From Candidatus Bathyarchaeota archaeon (GTDB lineage Archaea > Thermoproteota > Bathyarchaeia > Bathyarchaeales > Bathycorpusculaceae), in contig CAVTBV010000012.1 in NCBI GenBank assembly GCA_963733095.1, positions 320,001-384,000 on the forward strand: a stretch of 64,000 nt of DNA, given 5' to 3'. Position 1 is the first letter of the stretch. Every line of letters starts with the position of its first letter. Below are positions 20,646 through 30,239 of the stretch, one piece after another. Both the position numbers and the translations under genes were made by a program. The notes beneath the pieces are model-generated. The model was not told where the DNA came from, did not search any database, and worked only from the letters and a program-made list of their open reading frames with translations.

Positions 20646-22115
20646 GTGAAAGCTCACGTAGTCCTTGCAAATCCACCGTACCCAGATGATGTGCCGCAAG
20701 CCGTCTTTATTCCACTGGGCATCAGTTACTTGGCGGCGGTGCTTGAAGAGAAGGGGTACAGGGTGGATGTGGTCGATTGTCAGGTTAATCGGCCAAGCCA
20801 AGCGGAGATGGAGAACAAGTTCAGAAGCCTCAACCCCGACATAATCGGCGTCACCGCGGCAACCGTTACGTATTTTCCAGCCCTCAAGATTCTCAAAGCA
20901 GCCAAAGCTGCGCTTCCCAACTGCGTTACAATGATTGGCGGACCCCACGTCACAGTTCTGGATGAACGCACCTTCACCGACAGCCCAGACGTAGACATCG
21001 TCGTCCGCGGCGAAGGAGAGCAGACGATGCTGGAGCTCGCAAGCCTGGTGTCGGAGGGTAAACTGGATAACCTCAGCCAAGTTTTAGGTATAACTTTCAA
21101 GAAGAACGGCAAAGTCACTACCACAACCGACCGCCCCTTCATACAAGACATTGATTCCCTGCCTCGTCCAGCCCACCACCACTTCGACATGACTCGTTAT
21201 AGAATCAACGGCAAAAACTACATGCCCATCATAACCAGCCGAGGCTGCCCTTTTAACTGCGCATTCTGTCTAGCGTCGAAGATGTGCGGCAGCGGCTTTA
21301 GAGCGCGAAGCCCAAGCAAAGTGGTCGATGAACTCGAATGGCTAAAGGACACGTTTGGAGCTGAAGCATTTGCCTTCTACGACGACACATTCACCCATGA
21401 CATAAACAGGGCTATAGCAATCTGCGACGAGATGCAGAAGAGAGGGTTTTTGCTTCCATGGGATAGCCGAACAAGAGTAGACAGAATCTCAGAAGAGCTC
21501 TTGGCGAAGCTTAGAACCACAAACTGCCAGCTCATCCACTTCGGCGTTGAATCCGGCAGCCAACAACTCCTAAACATTATGCGCAAAGGCACCACCGTGG
21601 AGCAAAACGCCAAAGCCATAAAGATGGTCAAAGAGGCAGGTATCCTTGTAGCGATTTCGCTGGTTATCGGTTACCCAGGCGAAACACCCGAGATGCTCCA
21701 GCAAACTGTAGATTTTATCCGCAAAACCAAACCTGATTATGTTTACATGTGTGAAGCAGTTCCCTACCCAGGCACCGAACTAGCCGATTACGTTCGGAAA
21801 CTCGGGTTGCCAATGAGCGAAGACTGGAACCGTTACCACGAGCAGATGCAGGTCTTTGAGAACAAACTGTTGCCGCTGCCAAAGCTTGAGGCAACCAAAA
21901 AAGCCGTCTACGACAGCGTCTTCACCCCTACCTATTACCTCCGGATGCGGCGGCGGGGAGACTTCCACAGCCAAATCATGGCGCGCATGGCACTAAACCA
22001 CCTCGTCTGGAAATACCGCTTCACCAGATGGGCGTTTAGGCAGCTGGGTAAGTTTAGACACGTAAAGAAGAGCCCAGGTGGACATAGCACACCAAGCAAA
22101 GACCAGCAGAGCTGA
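20646..22115 (+). CDS. Cobalamin-binding radical SAM enzyme
   Basis: ORF from 20574; likely GTG start at 20646. NPPYP, PLGISYLAA, GGPH, SRGCPFNCAFC, FGVESG. Confidence 0.9.
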   Translation: MKAHVVLANPPYPDDVPQAVFIPLGISYLAAVLEEKGYRVDVVDCQVNRPSQAEMENKFRSLNPDIIGVTAATVTYFPALKILKAAKAALPNCVTMIGGPHVTVLDERTFTDSPDVDIVVRGEGEQTMLELASLVSEGKLDNLSQVLGITFKKNGKVTTTTDRPFIQDIDSLPRPAHHHFDMTRYRINGKNYMPIITSRGCPFNCAFCLASKMCGSGFRARSPSKVVDELEWLKDTFGAEAFAFYDDTFTHDINRAIAICDEMQKRGFLLPWDSRTRVDRISEELLAKLRTTNCQLIHFGVESGSQQLLNIMRKGTTVEQNAKAIKMVKEAGILVAISLVIGYPGETPEMLQQTVDFIRKTKPDYVYMCEAVPYPGTELADYVRKLGLPMSEDWNRYHEQMQVFENKLLPLPKLEATKKAVYDSVFTPTYYLRMRRRGDFHSQIMARMALNHLVWKYRFTRWAFRQLGKFRHVKKSPGGHSTPSKDQQS

Positions 22116-22197
22116 GTCAGATTGTATAACGCTTATATGCTGGCATGTTTATCCCTCATCAAACAGTTTCAGACGGGACTTTGGATGTTGATTTAGC

Positions 22198-22944
22198 ATG
22201 AAGGTTATTGTTCACTGGAGTGGAGGAAAAGACTGCTGCACCGCCCTGCACAAAGTAGTCGAGCAGGGACATGAAGTTGCTTCTCTCGTCACCTATATCT
22301 ACATGGAACCCTACGTTTTTCATAGCCTCAAAGTCATAGAACAACAAGTCAAAGCGCTGGGCATGCCTCACCAATTCGTCAAAATAACTGACAATCGCTA
22401 TGACGACATAATGGGAACCCTTGAACGGCTCCATAAAGAAGAAGGCGCAAAAGCAATCGTGACAGGCGACATTGACAACGTTCACCACCGACGCGTATGG
22501 AAAGACGCATGCAAAAAACTCGGCGTAGAACTCATGATGCCTCTTTGGGACCGCCCCCTCAACATAATTCCTGGCAATCGTCGCCGCAAACGAATCATGG
22601 AAATGGAACAGAACACAGGAGTAAAAGCGATTCTCAGCTGCATCGACCAAAGATACTTTACCCCAGAGTGGCTGGGACGCCAGATTGACCGCAAATGCAT
22701 CGAAGACATGCAGCCTCTTGTGGGTCCAGCGGGCAAAGGCATTGACGTGTCAGGCGAACCAGGAGAATACCACTCCACAACCCTCGACGCACCACTATAC
22801 AAGCAACGCGTCGAATTAACCAAATACACCAAAAAGAGCAAAGTCGTCGATTTCGGAGGCTCCCCATTCCGCGAAGGCGACTTCCTCTACATGGATATCG
22901 AAGAGGCAATTCTCAAACCCAAAGAAGAAAAATCATTTACCTAG
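22198..22944 (+). CDS. Dph6/DUF71-like PP-loop ATP pyrophosphatase (amide-forming ligase family)
   Basis: WSGGKDC PP-loop, VTGDI, PLW, WLGR, GEPGEYHST.LDAP. Confidence 0.8.
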   Translation: MKVIVHWSGGKDCCTALHKVVEQGHEVASLVTYIYMEPYVFHSLKVIEQQVKALGMPHQFVKITDNRYDDIMGTLERLHKEEGAKAIVTGDIDNVHHRRVWKDACKKLGVELMMPLWDRPLNIIPGNRRRKRIMEMEQNTGVKAILSCIDQRYFTPEWLGRQIDRKCIEDMQPLVGPAGKGIDVSGEPGEYHSTTLDAPLYKQRVELTKYTKKSKVVDFGGSPFREGDFLYMDIEEAILKPKEEKSFT

Positions 22945-22994
22945 AAAAGCACAATATAGAATTCAAATCCAAATACCCTTTTTTGGACATTAAT

Positions 22995-23320
22995 GAGAAC
23001 AGGAACAGCATTTTCTGGAAAAAGTTTTGTTTTTCTTCTTTCAAAAAATGCCCACGTTAACCTTTGCGGGGATTGCTCAACAAGAGAAGAAGAAGCGCCC
23101 CTGAAGCAACCTTCTTCTTCGCTTCAATGTCTTCAAGGTTGAAAGAACAACAACACGCGAATTTTTTCAACTGTTGTTGTTCTCCCATCAAGTAAATGTC
23201 CCTATTAACTGGAAGAAGAAGAAATGCCGAATTTTTTCAATATTCTTCTTCTTTCAACTTCAATTCAAGCCAAAGAACAAGAGCAAAATTTTTCTAAACA
23301 AAAACCTGTTGTTGTCCCAA
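22995..23320. repeat. Array of about 5 short inverted repeats with trinucleotide-repeat arms
   Basis: GAAGAAGAAG(23086)/CTTCTTCTTC(23111); AGAACAACAACA(23144)/TGTTGTTGTTCT(23172); AAGAAGAAGAA(23213)/TTCTTCTTCTT(23243). Weaker copies near 22996 and 23274. The loop CGAATTTTTTCAA is shared by two units. Confidence 0.7.
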
Positions 23321-23411
23321 AGCATTCTGCCAATAAGTTGCAGCTAAAACAAGTTGGAGTTCTATAGCAATGTTGATAAGGCAACCCTACGCCTAAAACA
23401 TACAGCTGGAG

Positions 23412-23726
23412 TTGAACCAAACGTCCCAACAAAAACAAGTCGTCGGCAACTTAACCTTAAACATCGTTTGGCTCTGCGGAGGAAAAACCGCCGACATAAC
23501 TCCAGCACCCCAACTAAAGTTTAGCATGGATCAGGCTTGCGAGAAAATTAAGAAGCAGAAGATGAAGGTTCGGGTGAAGGCTCCGATGCTTCTGATTTTT
23601 GATTATATGAAGATGGAGGTAAGCCTCTTTGATGGGGGGCGTATGTTGATAAAGAATGTGACGAACAGCAAGCTGCCTATTGATGCGTTTGTAGAAGTTT
23701 GTAGAGCCATAGAAGTGCCGATATAA
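23412..23726 (+). CDS. Small protein resembling the C-terminal domain of MoeB/ThiF-type proteins
   Basis: WLCGGKTADITP ... VSLFDGGRMLIKN resembles LCG...LFxDGRxLI. No adenylation domain. Confidence 0.5.
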   Translation: MNQTSQQKQVVGNLTLNIVWLCGGKTADITPAPQLKFSMDQACEKIKKQKMKVRVKAPMLLIFDYMKMEVSLFDGGRMLIKNVTNSKLPIDAFVEVCRAIEVPI

Positions 23727-23739
23727 AAAATCGATTTTT

Positions 23740-25107
23740 CTAACGACGGAAAATTATTTTGGCACTTTTCTTAGCTGCACTTGCCAACCCTTCCTGCCTA
23801 ATAACACGAACCAACTTTGACGCCGACGACTTCTGAAAGCTCTTTTGGTATTCTCTTTGGATTTTGACGAGCATTTCATAGTCGAAGTCTTTGGTTTTAA
23901 CTCTTGCCAAGTAGTTGTCCATTTGGTCATAGAGATGCTCTTTTATTACTTCATCGTAGAGTTCGCTGCCTGGGCAAGCGATGTAGATGTTGAACATGCA
24001 AACGTCAGCTTCTAAGCGCTTTGCGTAGTTGAAGGTGGATTGCATATCCTCAACTGTTTCACCTGGGATACCTAGCATAAAGGAGGTGGCGGTTTTGATT
24101 CCGACTTGGCGGCACAAATCGAAGGTGCGTTCGACTTCTTGCAGGTCGATGTTTTTGCCGAGTTTCTGCTGAATCCGCGGCGACCCCGATTCGGTACCGA
24201 AAAAGATGGTTTGGCACCCCGCAGACTTCATTTCCATTAGCAGTTCTTTGTTGACTAGGTCTGCTCGGGTTTCGCAGGTCCATTTGATGTCGAGTTTATT
24301 TTCTTTGATTAGGCGACAGAGTTCGGAGGCGCGGTTTTTGTTTATGGTAAAGTTGTCGCCGACAAAGTAAATGCCCTTAGTGCCATAATTCTCCATCATG
24401 TGTTTGATTTCATCTATTACTCGTTGCGGGGAGAAGGCACGACAGGCGGTTCCCCAAAGCTCGCGGGTTTCGCAGTAGGCACATTGGTATGGGCAGCCTC
24501 GAAGGACGCTCATGGTGTCGACGGGTTTGACGTCTATGTAGGGGAGGACGCGGTCGTACATTTTCATGGGAAGCATGTGGCGTGCGGGGAAGGGAACAGT
24601 GTCTAAATCAGTGATAAATTCGGGGGCGGTTTGGGCTATTTCGCCGTTGATTTTCAAGGCTACTCCCGGAATCTTGGCTATAACGCTGTCGGTCTCGCCT
24701 TTGAGGATGCTTGCGGCAAGTTTGACAATCGCCGTTTCCCCCTCGCCAATAACCACATAATCAATCTCGTTATGCTGGAGCATGGTTTCAGGCATGTATG
24801 AAGGATGTGGACCGCCCACCACCACCTTGCATGTTGGACACGCTTCTTTGGTTGCCTTAGCAGTCTCGATGCATCGACTGTAAGTTAAGCTACTGCAGGT
24901 TATGCCGACAATTTTGGGTTGGCGCTTTTTAATTTCCGCTTTCACTTCTTCGATGGGGCGCTCAATGAGATAATTGTCGTAAATCTCAACTTGGTAACCG
25001 CTCTTCTCCAGAGCCGCTGCAACGTATGCTAAGCCCAGTGGGGGAAGCTTTCCCGCCATGCCCCAGGGCGATTTTTCTGGGGGAGCGGTGGTCAAAAGTA
25101 GAATCAA
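23740..25107 (-). CDS. Cobalamin-binding radical SAM enzyme
   Basis: PPLGLAYVAA, GGPHPS, GEGE, LRGCPYQCAYC, FGTESG. Confidence 0.9.
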   Translation of the reverse strand: MILLLTTAPPEKSPWGMAGKLPPLGLAYVAAALEKSGYQVEIYDNYLIERPIEEVKAEIKKRQPKIVGITCSSLTYSRCIETAKATKEACPTCKVVVGGPHPSYMPETMLQHNEIDYVVIGEGETAIVKLAASILKGETDSVIAKIPGVALKINGEIAQTAPEFITDLDTVPFPARHMLPMKMYDRVLPYIDVKPVDTMSVLRGCPYQCAYCETRELWGTACRAFSPQRVIDEIKHMMENYGTKGIYFVGDNFTINKNRASELCRLIKENKLDIKWTCETRADLVNKELLMEMKSAGCQTIFFGTESGSPRIQQKLGKNIDLQEVERTFDLCRQVGIKTATSFMLGIPGETVEDMQSTFNYAKRLEADVCMFNIYIACPGSELYDEVIKEHLYDQMDNYLARVKTKDFDYEMLVKIQREYQKSFQKSSASKLVRVIRQEGLASAAKKSAKIIFRR

Positions 25108-25130
25108 TTTTGCTTCTCCTGATGGCGACT

Positions 25131-26543
25131 CTATTTTGTGGGGCTGCTTATTTTAGCCATGAGCGCTCTTCGAAAGTGTGCCATTATGAGCCGAGTTGCG
25201 CCCAGTCCCCACATTTTTCCCTTCTTAAACATACCGATTGCGCTGATGAAGTACCTGGGACTGAGGTAGAAGCTTTGGAAGGCTTCTTCGCGTATCTGAC
25301 TAAGCTCCTGCATGGTCATATTGGCGATTTCGAAGGTTGGGGTAGCGGTGTCGTACTTGTCAAAGTCAGTTATTCTTAGTGAACCGTTGGCTTTGACTTC
25401 TTCGTACATGGGTGTGCCTGGATAGGGCGTGGCAATATAGAAGCCGACATCGTTAGGATTAAGCTCCTTCACAAATCGAATAGTTTCCCAAGCCGTGTCT
25501 TTGGTTTCACCTGGAAAACCCAAAATCACACCAGCAACCGTCATCAACCCTGCTTCTTTTGCCCACTTAAAGGCACGTCTTGTCTGTGTAAGCGAGAAGC
25601 CCTTACCCATACTTGTTAACTGTTTCAAAGAACCCGATTCCACACCAAACCAGACCGCGATGCAGCCCGCTTCACGCATCTTGACAAGGAGTTCTTTGCT
25701 GACCATATCCACGCGGGTTTCGCAGTCCCATTTGATTTTGAGTCCTCGGCAGTGAATTTCGTCGCAGATTTCCGCCGTTCGAGCTTGATCCACTGTAAAG
25801 GCATCGTCGTAGAAGGTGAATTGGTTGGCGCGGTAGTTTTTGTGGAGGTATTCCAGTTCGTCGACAACGTTTGTGGGTGTGCGCATGCGGTATCTTCTGC
25901 CAAACATTCTCACAGCCGTACAGAAGTTGCACCAGAACACACAGCCCCTGCTGGTCATAACTGGGTAGGGGATGGTTCCGTATTTTCGGAGTTCACCCAG
26001 CTTTTCCCAAAGGTGCAGAGCGGGAAATGGGAGGCTGTCGAGATCTTCTAGAAAAGCTCTGTCCGCGTTCCTAACTATTTCACTGCCTTTCCTGCAAGTG
26101 GCACCCTCAAGGTCAAAAAGTGGTTGGTGGTTTTCGACTCTTTGCGCAAGCTCCAACATTGTTTCTTCGCCCTCTCTTCTTATAACGATGTCTAAGGAGG
26201 GTTCTTCTTGCAGTGCCTTGTCATCCCAGAACGTAACATGCGGACCGCCAATAGCGGTTATGCAGTTTGGCAAGGCTTCTTTGGCGGCTTTTACAATTTT
26301 GAGGGCAGACTTGTATGTGAGTGTTGTGCATGTGACGCCGACTATGTCGGGTTTTGATTTAGCAATTTCCTCTTTGAACTGTTGGTGACTGATTTTTTGG
26401 GCTTGACAATCAATCACTTTAACTTCAAAATGATTCTTGAACAATACCGCACCTAGGTATCCTATGCCTAAAGGCATGAAGGGTGGATGCTGATGTGAAC
26501 CTGCAGGGTAGGGCGGATTGACAAGAGTTATGCGAGTTTTCAT
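25131..26543 (-). CDS. Cobalamin-binding radical SAM enzyme (close paralog of 6735..8120)
   Basis: PLGIGYLGA, GGPHVTFWDDKAL, SRGCVFWCNFC, WFGVESG. Confidence 0.9.
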   Translation of the reverse strand: MKTRITLVNPPYPAGSHQHPPFMPLGIGYLGAVLFKNHFEVKVIDCQAQKISHQQFKEEIAKSKPDIVGVTCTTLTYKSALKIVKAAKEALPNCITAIGGPHVTFWDDKALQEEPSLDIVIRREGEETMLELAQRVENHQPLFDLEGATCRKGSEIVRNADRAFLEDLDSLPFPALHLWEKLGELRKYGTIPYPVMTSRGCVFWCNFCTAVRMFGRRYRMRTPTNVVDELEYLHKNYRANQFTFYDDAFTVDQARTAEICDEIHCRGLKIKWDCETRVDMVSKELLVKMREAGCIAVWFGVESGSLKQLTSMGKGFSLTQTRRAFKWAKEAGLMTVAGVILGFPGETKDTAWETIRFVKELNPNDVGFYIATPYPGTPMYEEVKANGSLRITDFDKYDTATPTFEIANMTMQELSQIREEAFQSFYLSPRYFISAIGMFKKGKMWGLGATRLIMAHFRRALMAKISSPTK

Positions 26544-26660
26544 GGTCTTCCCCGAAACACGTAGAGGTTATGTCTTGGGGTTCATTTACTTTATGCAAAA
26601 GCAGGGATTTTTCAAGATGACAATTCTTCCTGCAACGGGAAGGTTGAAAAACAGAATAGG

Positions 26661-27368
26661 CTATCGCGGGGCTTGTTTTGGCTGCAAGGAGCATTCTTTG
26701 ATGTCCATGTAGAGCCAGTTGCGTTTCCAATTCTTTGCTTTTTCTTTCTTCTTTTTGGTTTTGTACTTGCCGATTACGATGGATTCCTTGAACAGCGGCG
26801 CTTCAACTACGGTACTGTGGTATCCTTGTCCATCTTCGCTAGATACATCAATACCTTTTGAGTCGGTAAATTCTTTGAGTTCCTTGATGGATTCGGGGTC
26901 AAGCTTTCGCCCCAACCATTCTTCACCAAAAAAGTTTGTGTTGACACAGTTTAGGACAGGTCTCAAGCCAGTGCCAACGACTTCTTTGAGCACATCGTAT
27001 GTGTCGCCTTCGTTGGGCATTAAAAAAGCAAGTCCCAGCTGTTTAGCCATACTCTCATAGTAGCTTGAGTGAACTATTGCGCATCCTGCTCCAGCGATAT
27101 CGCCTGTAACAATGCCCTCGATGCCCTGCGACTGTTTCAGTTTGGTCAAGGCACCAAGTATGTCTTCGTAGGCTTTCTTTATCCTAACAACCTTAAGTGG
27201 GACTCCAAGGGTTTTGGATTGAAGCTCCATAACATCGAAACTGTGAAAAACGTAAGGTCTCTGATATTCAAAGCTGAGAAGGCAGGCAACTTGATGCCCC
27301 TGCGCTATGACTTTGTGGTAAGCTAAACAGCATTCTTTGCCCCCACTCCAATGAACAACAACCTTCAT
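26661..27368 (-). CDS. Dph6/DUF71-like PP-loop protein (second copy)
   Basis: WSGGKECC, PYVFHS, VTGDI, WLGR, YHSTVVEAPLF. Paralog of 22198. Confidence 0.78.
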   Translation of the reverse strand: MKVVVHWSGGKECCLAYHKVIAQGHQVACLLSFEYQRPYVFHSFDVMELQSKTLGVPLKVVRIKKAYEDILGALTKLKQSQGIEGIVTGDIAGAGCAIVHSSYYESMAKQLGLAFLMPNEGDTYDVLKEVVGTGLRPVLNCVNTNFFGEEWLGRKLDPESIKELKEFTDSKGIDVSSEDGQGYHSTVVEAPLFKESIVIGKYKTKKKKEKAKNWKRNWLYMDIKECSLQPKQAPR

Positions 27369-27471
27369 TTCAATCTCTCTTTCAGTCTGGAAAAGTCACG
27401 TGAAAGAACTATAAACCTTTTTGTTAACATTAACTCGGCTCTCTTTCTCTCAGCTAACGAAAAAACTACGT

Positions 27472-30009
27472 TTAAGAAGTTGTTTTTGCAGGCAAATCCT
27501 TGTTTTCTGCACGGTTTTTGCGCCTCAGGTGTCCAAATACAGCAATTGAAGCAACCAAAGCAATTACTAAGACAAAAATCAACACCAACAGAAGCGATCT
27601 AAACGAAGCGTTATCTGATGGAGCCGTTGAAGGTGATGTGGAAGCTTGGTTTGTGATTTGGTTGGAGAAGCAGTAAACGTTCCAGTCGTTGCAGCCGATG
27701 TATAGTCTGCCGTTGGCTATTGATGGTGAGGACCAGCTGCTGGAGGGCAAAATGGCAGTTGCAATCTTTGTCCCGTTGCTGGTGGTGTCTAGAACGAATA
27801 CGTCGCGTTGGCTGGTTGCAAGGTAGATTTTGCCGTCAGCATAAGATGGCGAAGTATACAATTCGTCTCCGGTGAAGACACTCCAGAGCATGTTGCCGTT
27901 TGATGCATTGAGGCAGGCTATGTTGAATTTGTCTATGATGTAGAGGTTACCGTTAACGTAAATGGGCGATGAAACGATGAATTCAATTGCTTCTTTGTCT
28001 ATGAATTGCCAGACGATATTGCCTGTCTGTTCGTTTATGGCGTAGTAGGCTCCCCAGTTGGAGGATGCGAAAACCATGCCTGCTGCAACAGATGGTGAAC
28101 CCAAAAGTTCAGTGCCGCCCACGAATGAAATTTGGTAGGGAAGAGTTTGTTTCCAAATTATGGCGCCTGTGTCGGCGTTCAGCTTGTAGAGCGCGCCTGA
28201 GGTTGGTTCTTGCGAGGTAAAGAAGACGCTGCCGTCAGCAACTGCCGGAGAGGATTCTATTGGTCCTTCGGTGTGGGTCTTCCAAACTATGTCGCCAGTG
28301 TTTGCATCGAGTGCATACAAGTTGCCGTCTAATGAACCAATGTAGACTTTTCCGCCTGCAACGGCGGGGGAAGATTTAAGCACCAAATCCCCAAACGTGA
28401 ATGGTAAACTGCTGTTGACGAAGGTTTTCGAGATAAGCGACCCAGTGTAAGCATCAAGCGAATAAACGTAGCCGTCTTCGCTTCCTACAAAGACTTGTCC
28501 ATCAGCTACAGCAGGCGAAGAAATTATGGGACCGTCGGTGGCGTATTTCCAAATCAGGCTGCCGCTCCATGCGCCAATTGCATAGATGTTTTTGTCCTGT
28601 GAACCAACGTAGACTATGCCATCTGCTACGCTTGGCGAAGAGATAACGGAACCGTTAGTTGGAAATTTCCATGCTAAAGAAAGGTTCGAAGGACCCACCT
28701 GAGCCGTTGATGAATGGGCTGAGTCAGAACGCCACATACTCCAGTTGCTGACATCAATCGAGTTGGCTCCTATTGCCCACAGTTCGCTGTCTGTTGTGTA
28801 TTCCGTTCCTGAGGTTGTATCTACGGCGGTTGTTACGCTACCGGGAATTATATACAAGTTGCCGTATGCAACGATTGCAGATTCCCTTGGAGCTAAAGCT
28901 TCGATTGGAAGAGTCCATAGGACCTGCCCAGTGTAAGCGTTCAAACAAGCAAACTCCGAATAAGTCTTGTAATTGGTCACATACTGAGCTAGTTCGCCCG
29001 TAGTCACGTAGATTTTGCCATCTGCCACCGTGGGCATTCCAGGCCAGATCAGGGTTTCATCGGGTCCCTTGTACTTCCAAACTGGAACACCTGTATCGAC
29101 GTTAACGGCGTAGAGGTACCCGTCTTTGTTCATTTCGTAAACCATTCCATACGCTACAGCCGGACCAGTTGTGAAGTACCCATCGGTACCTGGCGTATAA
29201 GTCCAAAGAATTTGGCCATCCGTAGAGTTGAAACAGTACATCGTATTGTCGTCTGTTCCTCCAATGAAGTATCTGCCGTTTGAGAAGGCACCGTTGAAGA
29301 TCATTGGTCCATGTGTCAGGGTTGTCCAAATTATTGAGCCAGTCGATGCATTGAGAGCCAACTGCTGGTTCATAAAAGAGCCAGTGAACACCATGCCATC
29401 ACCATAAGTTATTCCAATCCCGGTTATGCCGCCGCCGGGGATGTAAGTTTGCCAAGCCAAAGTCGGCGGCTGAGAGGGATCAGAAAAGTCCCAAGCCAAA
29501 ATGTATGAATTAACTTTGGTATAGAACAGTTTTTCGGCTGGACTGTACACGGCTGAATTGAAGATGCCTGTGTCAGAGCTGAAAGTTGGGCTTGTCCACA
29601 GAAGCTGTCCTGTTTTAATGTCAAGGCAACTGCTTTCAACTACTAAGTGTGAGTCATCGATTTTGTAGGCAATTGGCCAGGTCTTATTCATCGGAATAGG
29701 AGTTTTCCAAACGGTGTTGCCGGCTTGATCGAGCGCGACCATTGATGTGTTGGTGCCTACAAAAATCATGCCATCAAACGCTGTAATGTAGGGCTGTATG
29801 CCGGGTATGCTGGCTTTCCAGAGGATGTTTGGCGTACTTGGGGCTGGTCCAGCTGAGAAACGAGTAAAAGAGGCGTCCCCTTGAGATTGAGTCCACTCAT
29901 ACTGATTCAATATGCCGTTGGATGTTGTGTTAGCGTTAACTTGGGCATTTACAGAGTTTGCCTGAAATGAGATTGAAGCGAAAAGTGAGGAGGTAATCAA
30001 CAATGCCAA
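27472..30009 (-). CDS. Membrane-anchored protein with two sets of PQQ/BamB-like beta-propeller repeats
   Basis: Many SSPAVADG/VYVGS.DG..YAL...TG...WK repeats and a C-terminal TM helix. The 5' end may extend to ATG 30044 through a -1 shift (see findings). Confidence 0.85.
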   Translation of the reverse strand: MALLITSSLFASISFQANSVNAQVNANTTSNGILNQYEWTQSQGDASFTRFSAGPAPSTPNILWKASIPGIQPYITAFDGMIFVGTNTSMVALDQAGNTVWKTPIPMNKTWPIAYKIDDSHLVVESSCLDIKTGQLLWTSPTFSSDTGIFNSAVYSPAEKLFYTKVNSYILAWDFSDPSQPPTLAWQTYIPGGGITGIGITYGDGMVFTGSFMNQQLALNASTGSIIWTTLTHGPMIFNGAFSNGRYFIGGTDDNTMYCFNSTDGQILWTYTPGTDGYFTTGPAVAYGMVYEMNKDGYLYAVNVDTGVPVWKYKGPDETLIWPGMPTVADGKIYVTTGELAQYVTNYKTYSEFACLNAYTGQVLWTLPIEALAPRESAIVAYGNLYIIPGSVTTAVDTTSGTEYTTDSELWAIGANSIDVSNWSMWRSDSAHSSTAQVGPSNLSLAWKFPTNGSVISSPSVADGIVYVGSQDKNIYAIGAWSGSLIWKYATDGPIISSPAVADGQVFVGSEDGYVYSLDAYTGSLISKTFVNSSLPFTFGDLVLKSSPAVAGGKVYIGSLDGNLYALDANTGDIVWKTHTEGPIESSPAVADGSVFFTSQEPTSGALYKLNADTGAIIWKQTLPYQISFVGGTELLGSPSVAAGMVFASSNWGAYYAINEQTGNIVWQFIDKEAIEFIVSSPIYVNGNLYIIDKFNIACLNASNGNMLWSVFTGDELYTSPSYADGKIYLATSQRDVFVLDTTSNGTKIATAILPSSSWSSPSIANGRLYIGCNDWNVYCFSNQITNQASTSPSTAPSDNASFRSLLLVLIFVLVIALVASIAVFGHLRRKNRAENKDLPAKTTS

Positions 30010-30239
30010 AACAACTAAAGCGGCGACTTTTTTGAAAATGTCATGTGCCCCCGAGAATGATGTGTAAGGTTTGTTTCACTATAAACTTTGCGGAACCCCC
30101 AAAAATCACTCAATTAACGAGAAATATGCAGAGAACACAGAAAAAACGAAAAACACCTAAACCGCACAATCTTTTTTAAGACGAAAAGAGCCCTTAAGTA
30201 AAACAATGAATTACCAGGGAACACAAGGGTGGTTTTAAT

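Noticed and set aside
22993-23142. 49 aa ORF MRTGTAFSGK...LQG as a RiPP precursor
   Set aside because: It runs through the hairpin array and has no RBS or precursor-like features.
22995-23320. CRISPR array
   Set aside because: No identical direct repeats with unique spacers and no cas genes. The units are inverted repeats.
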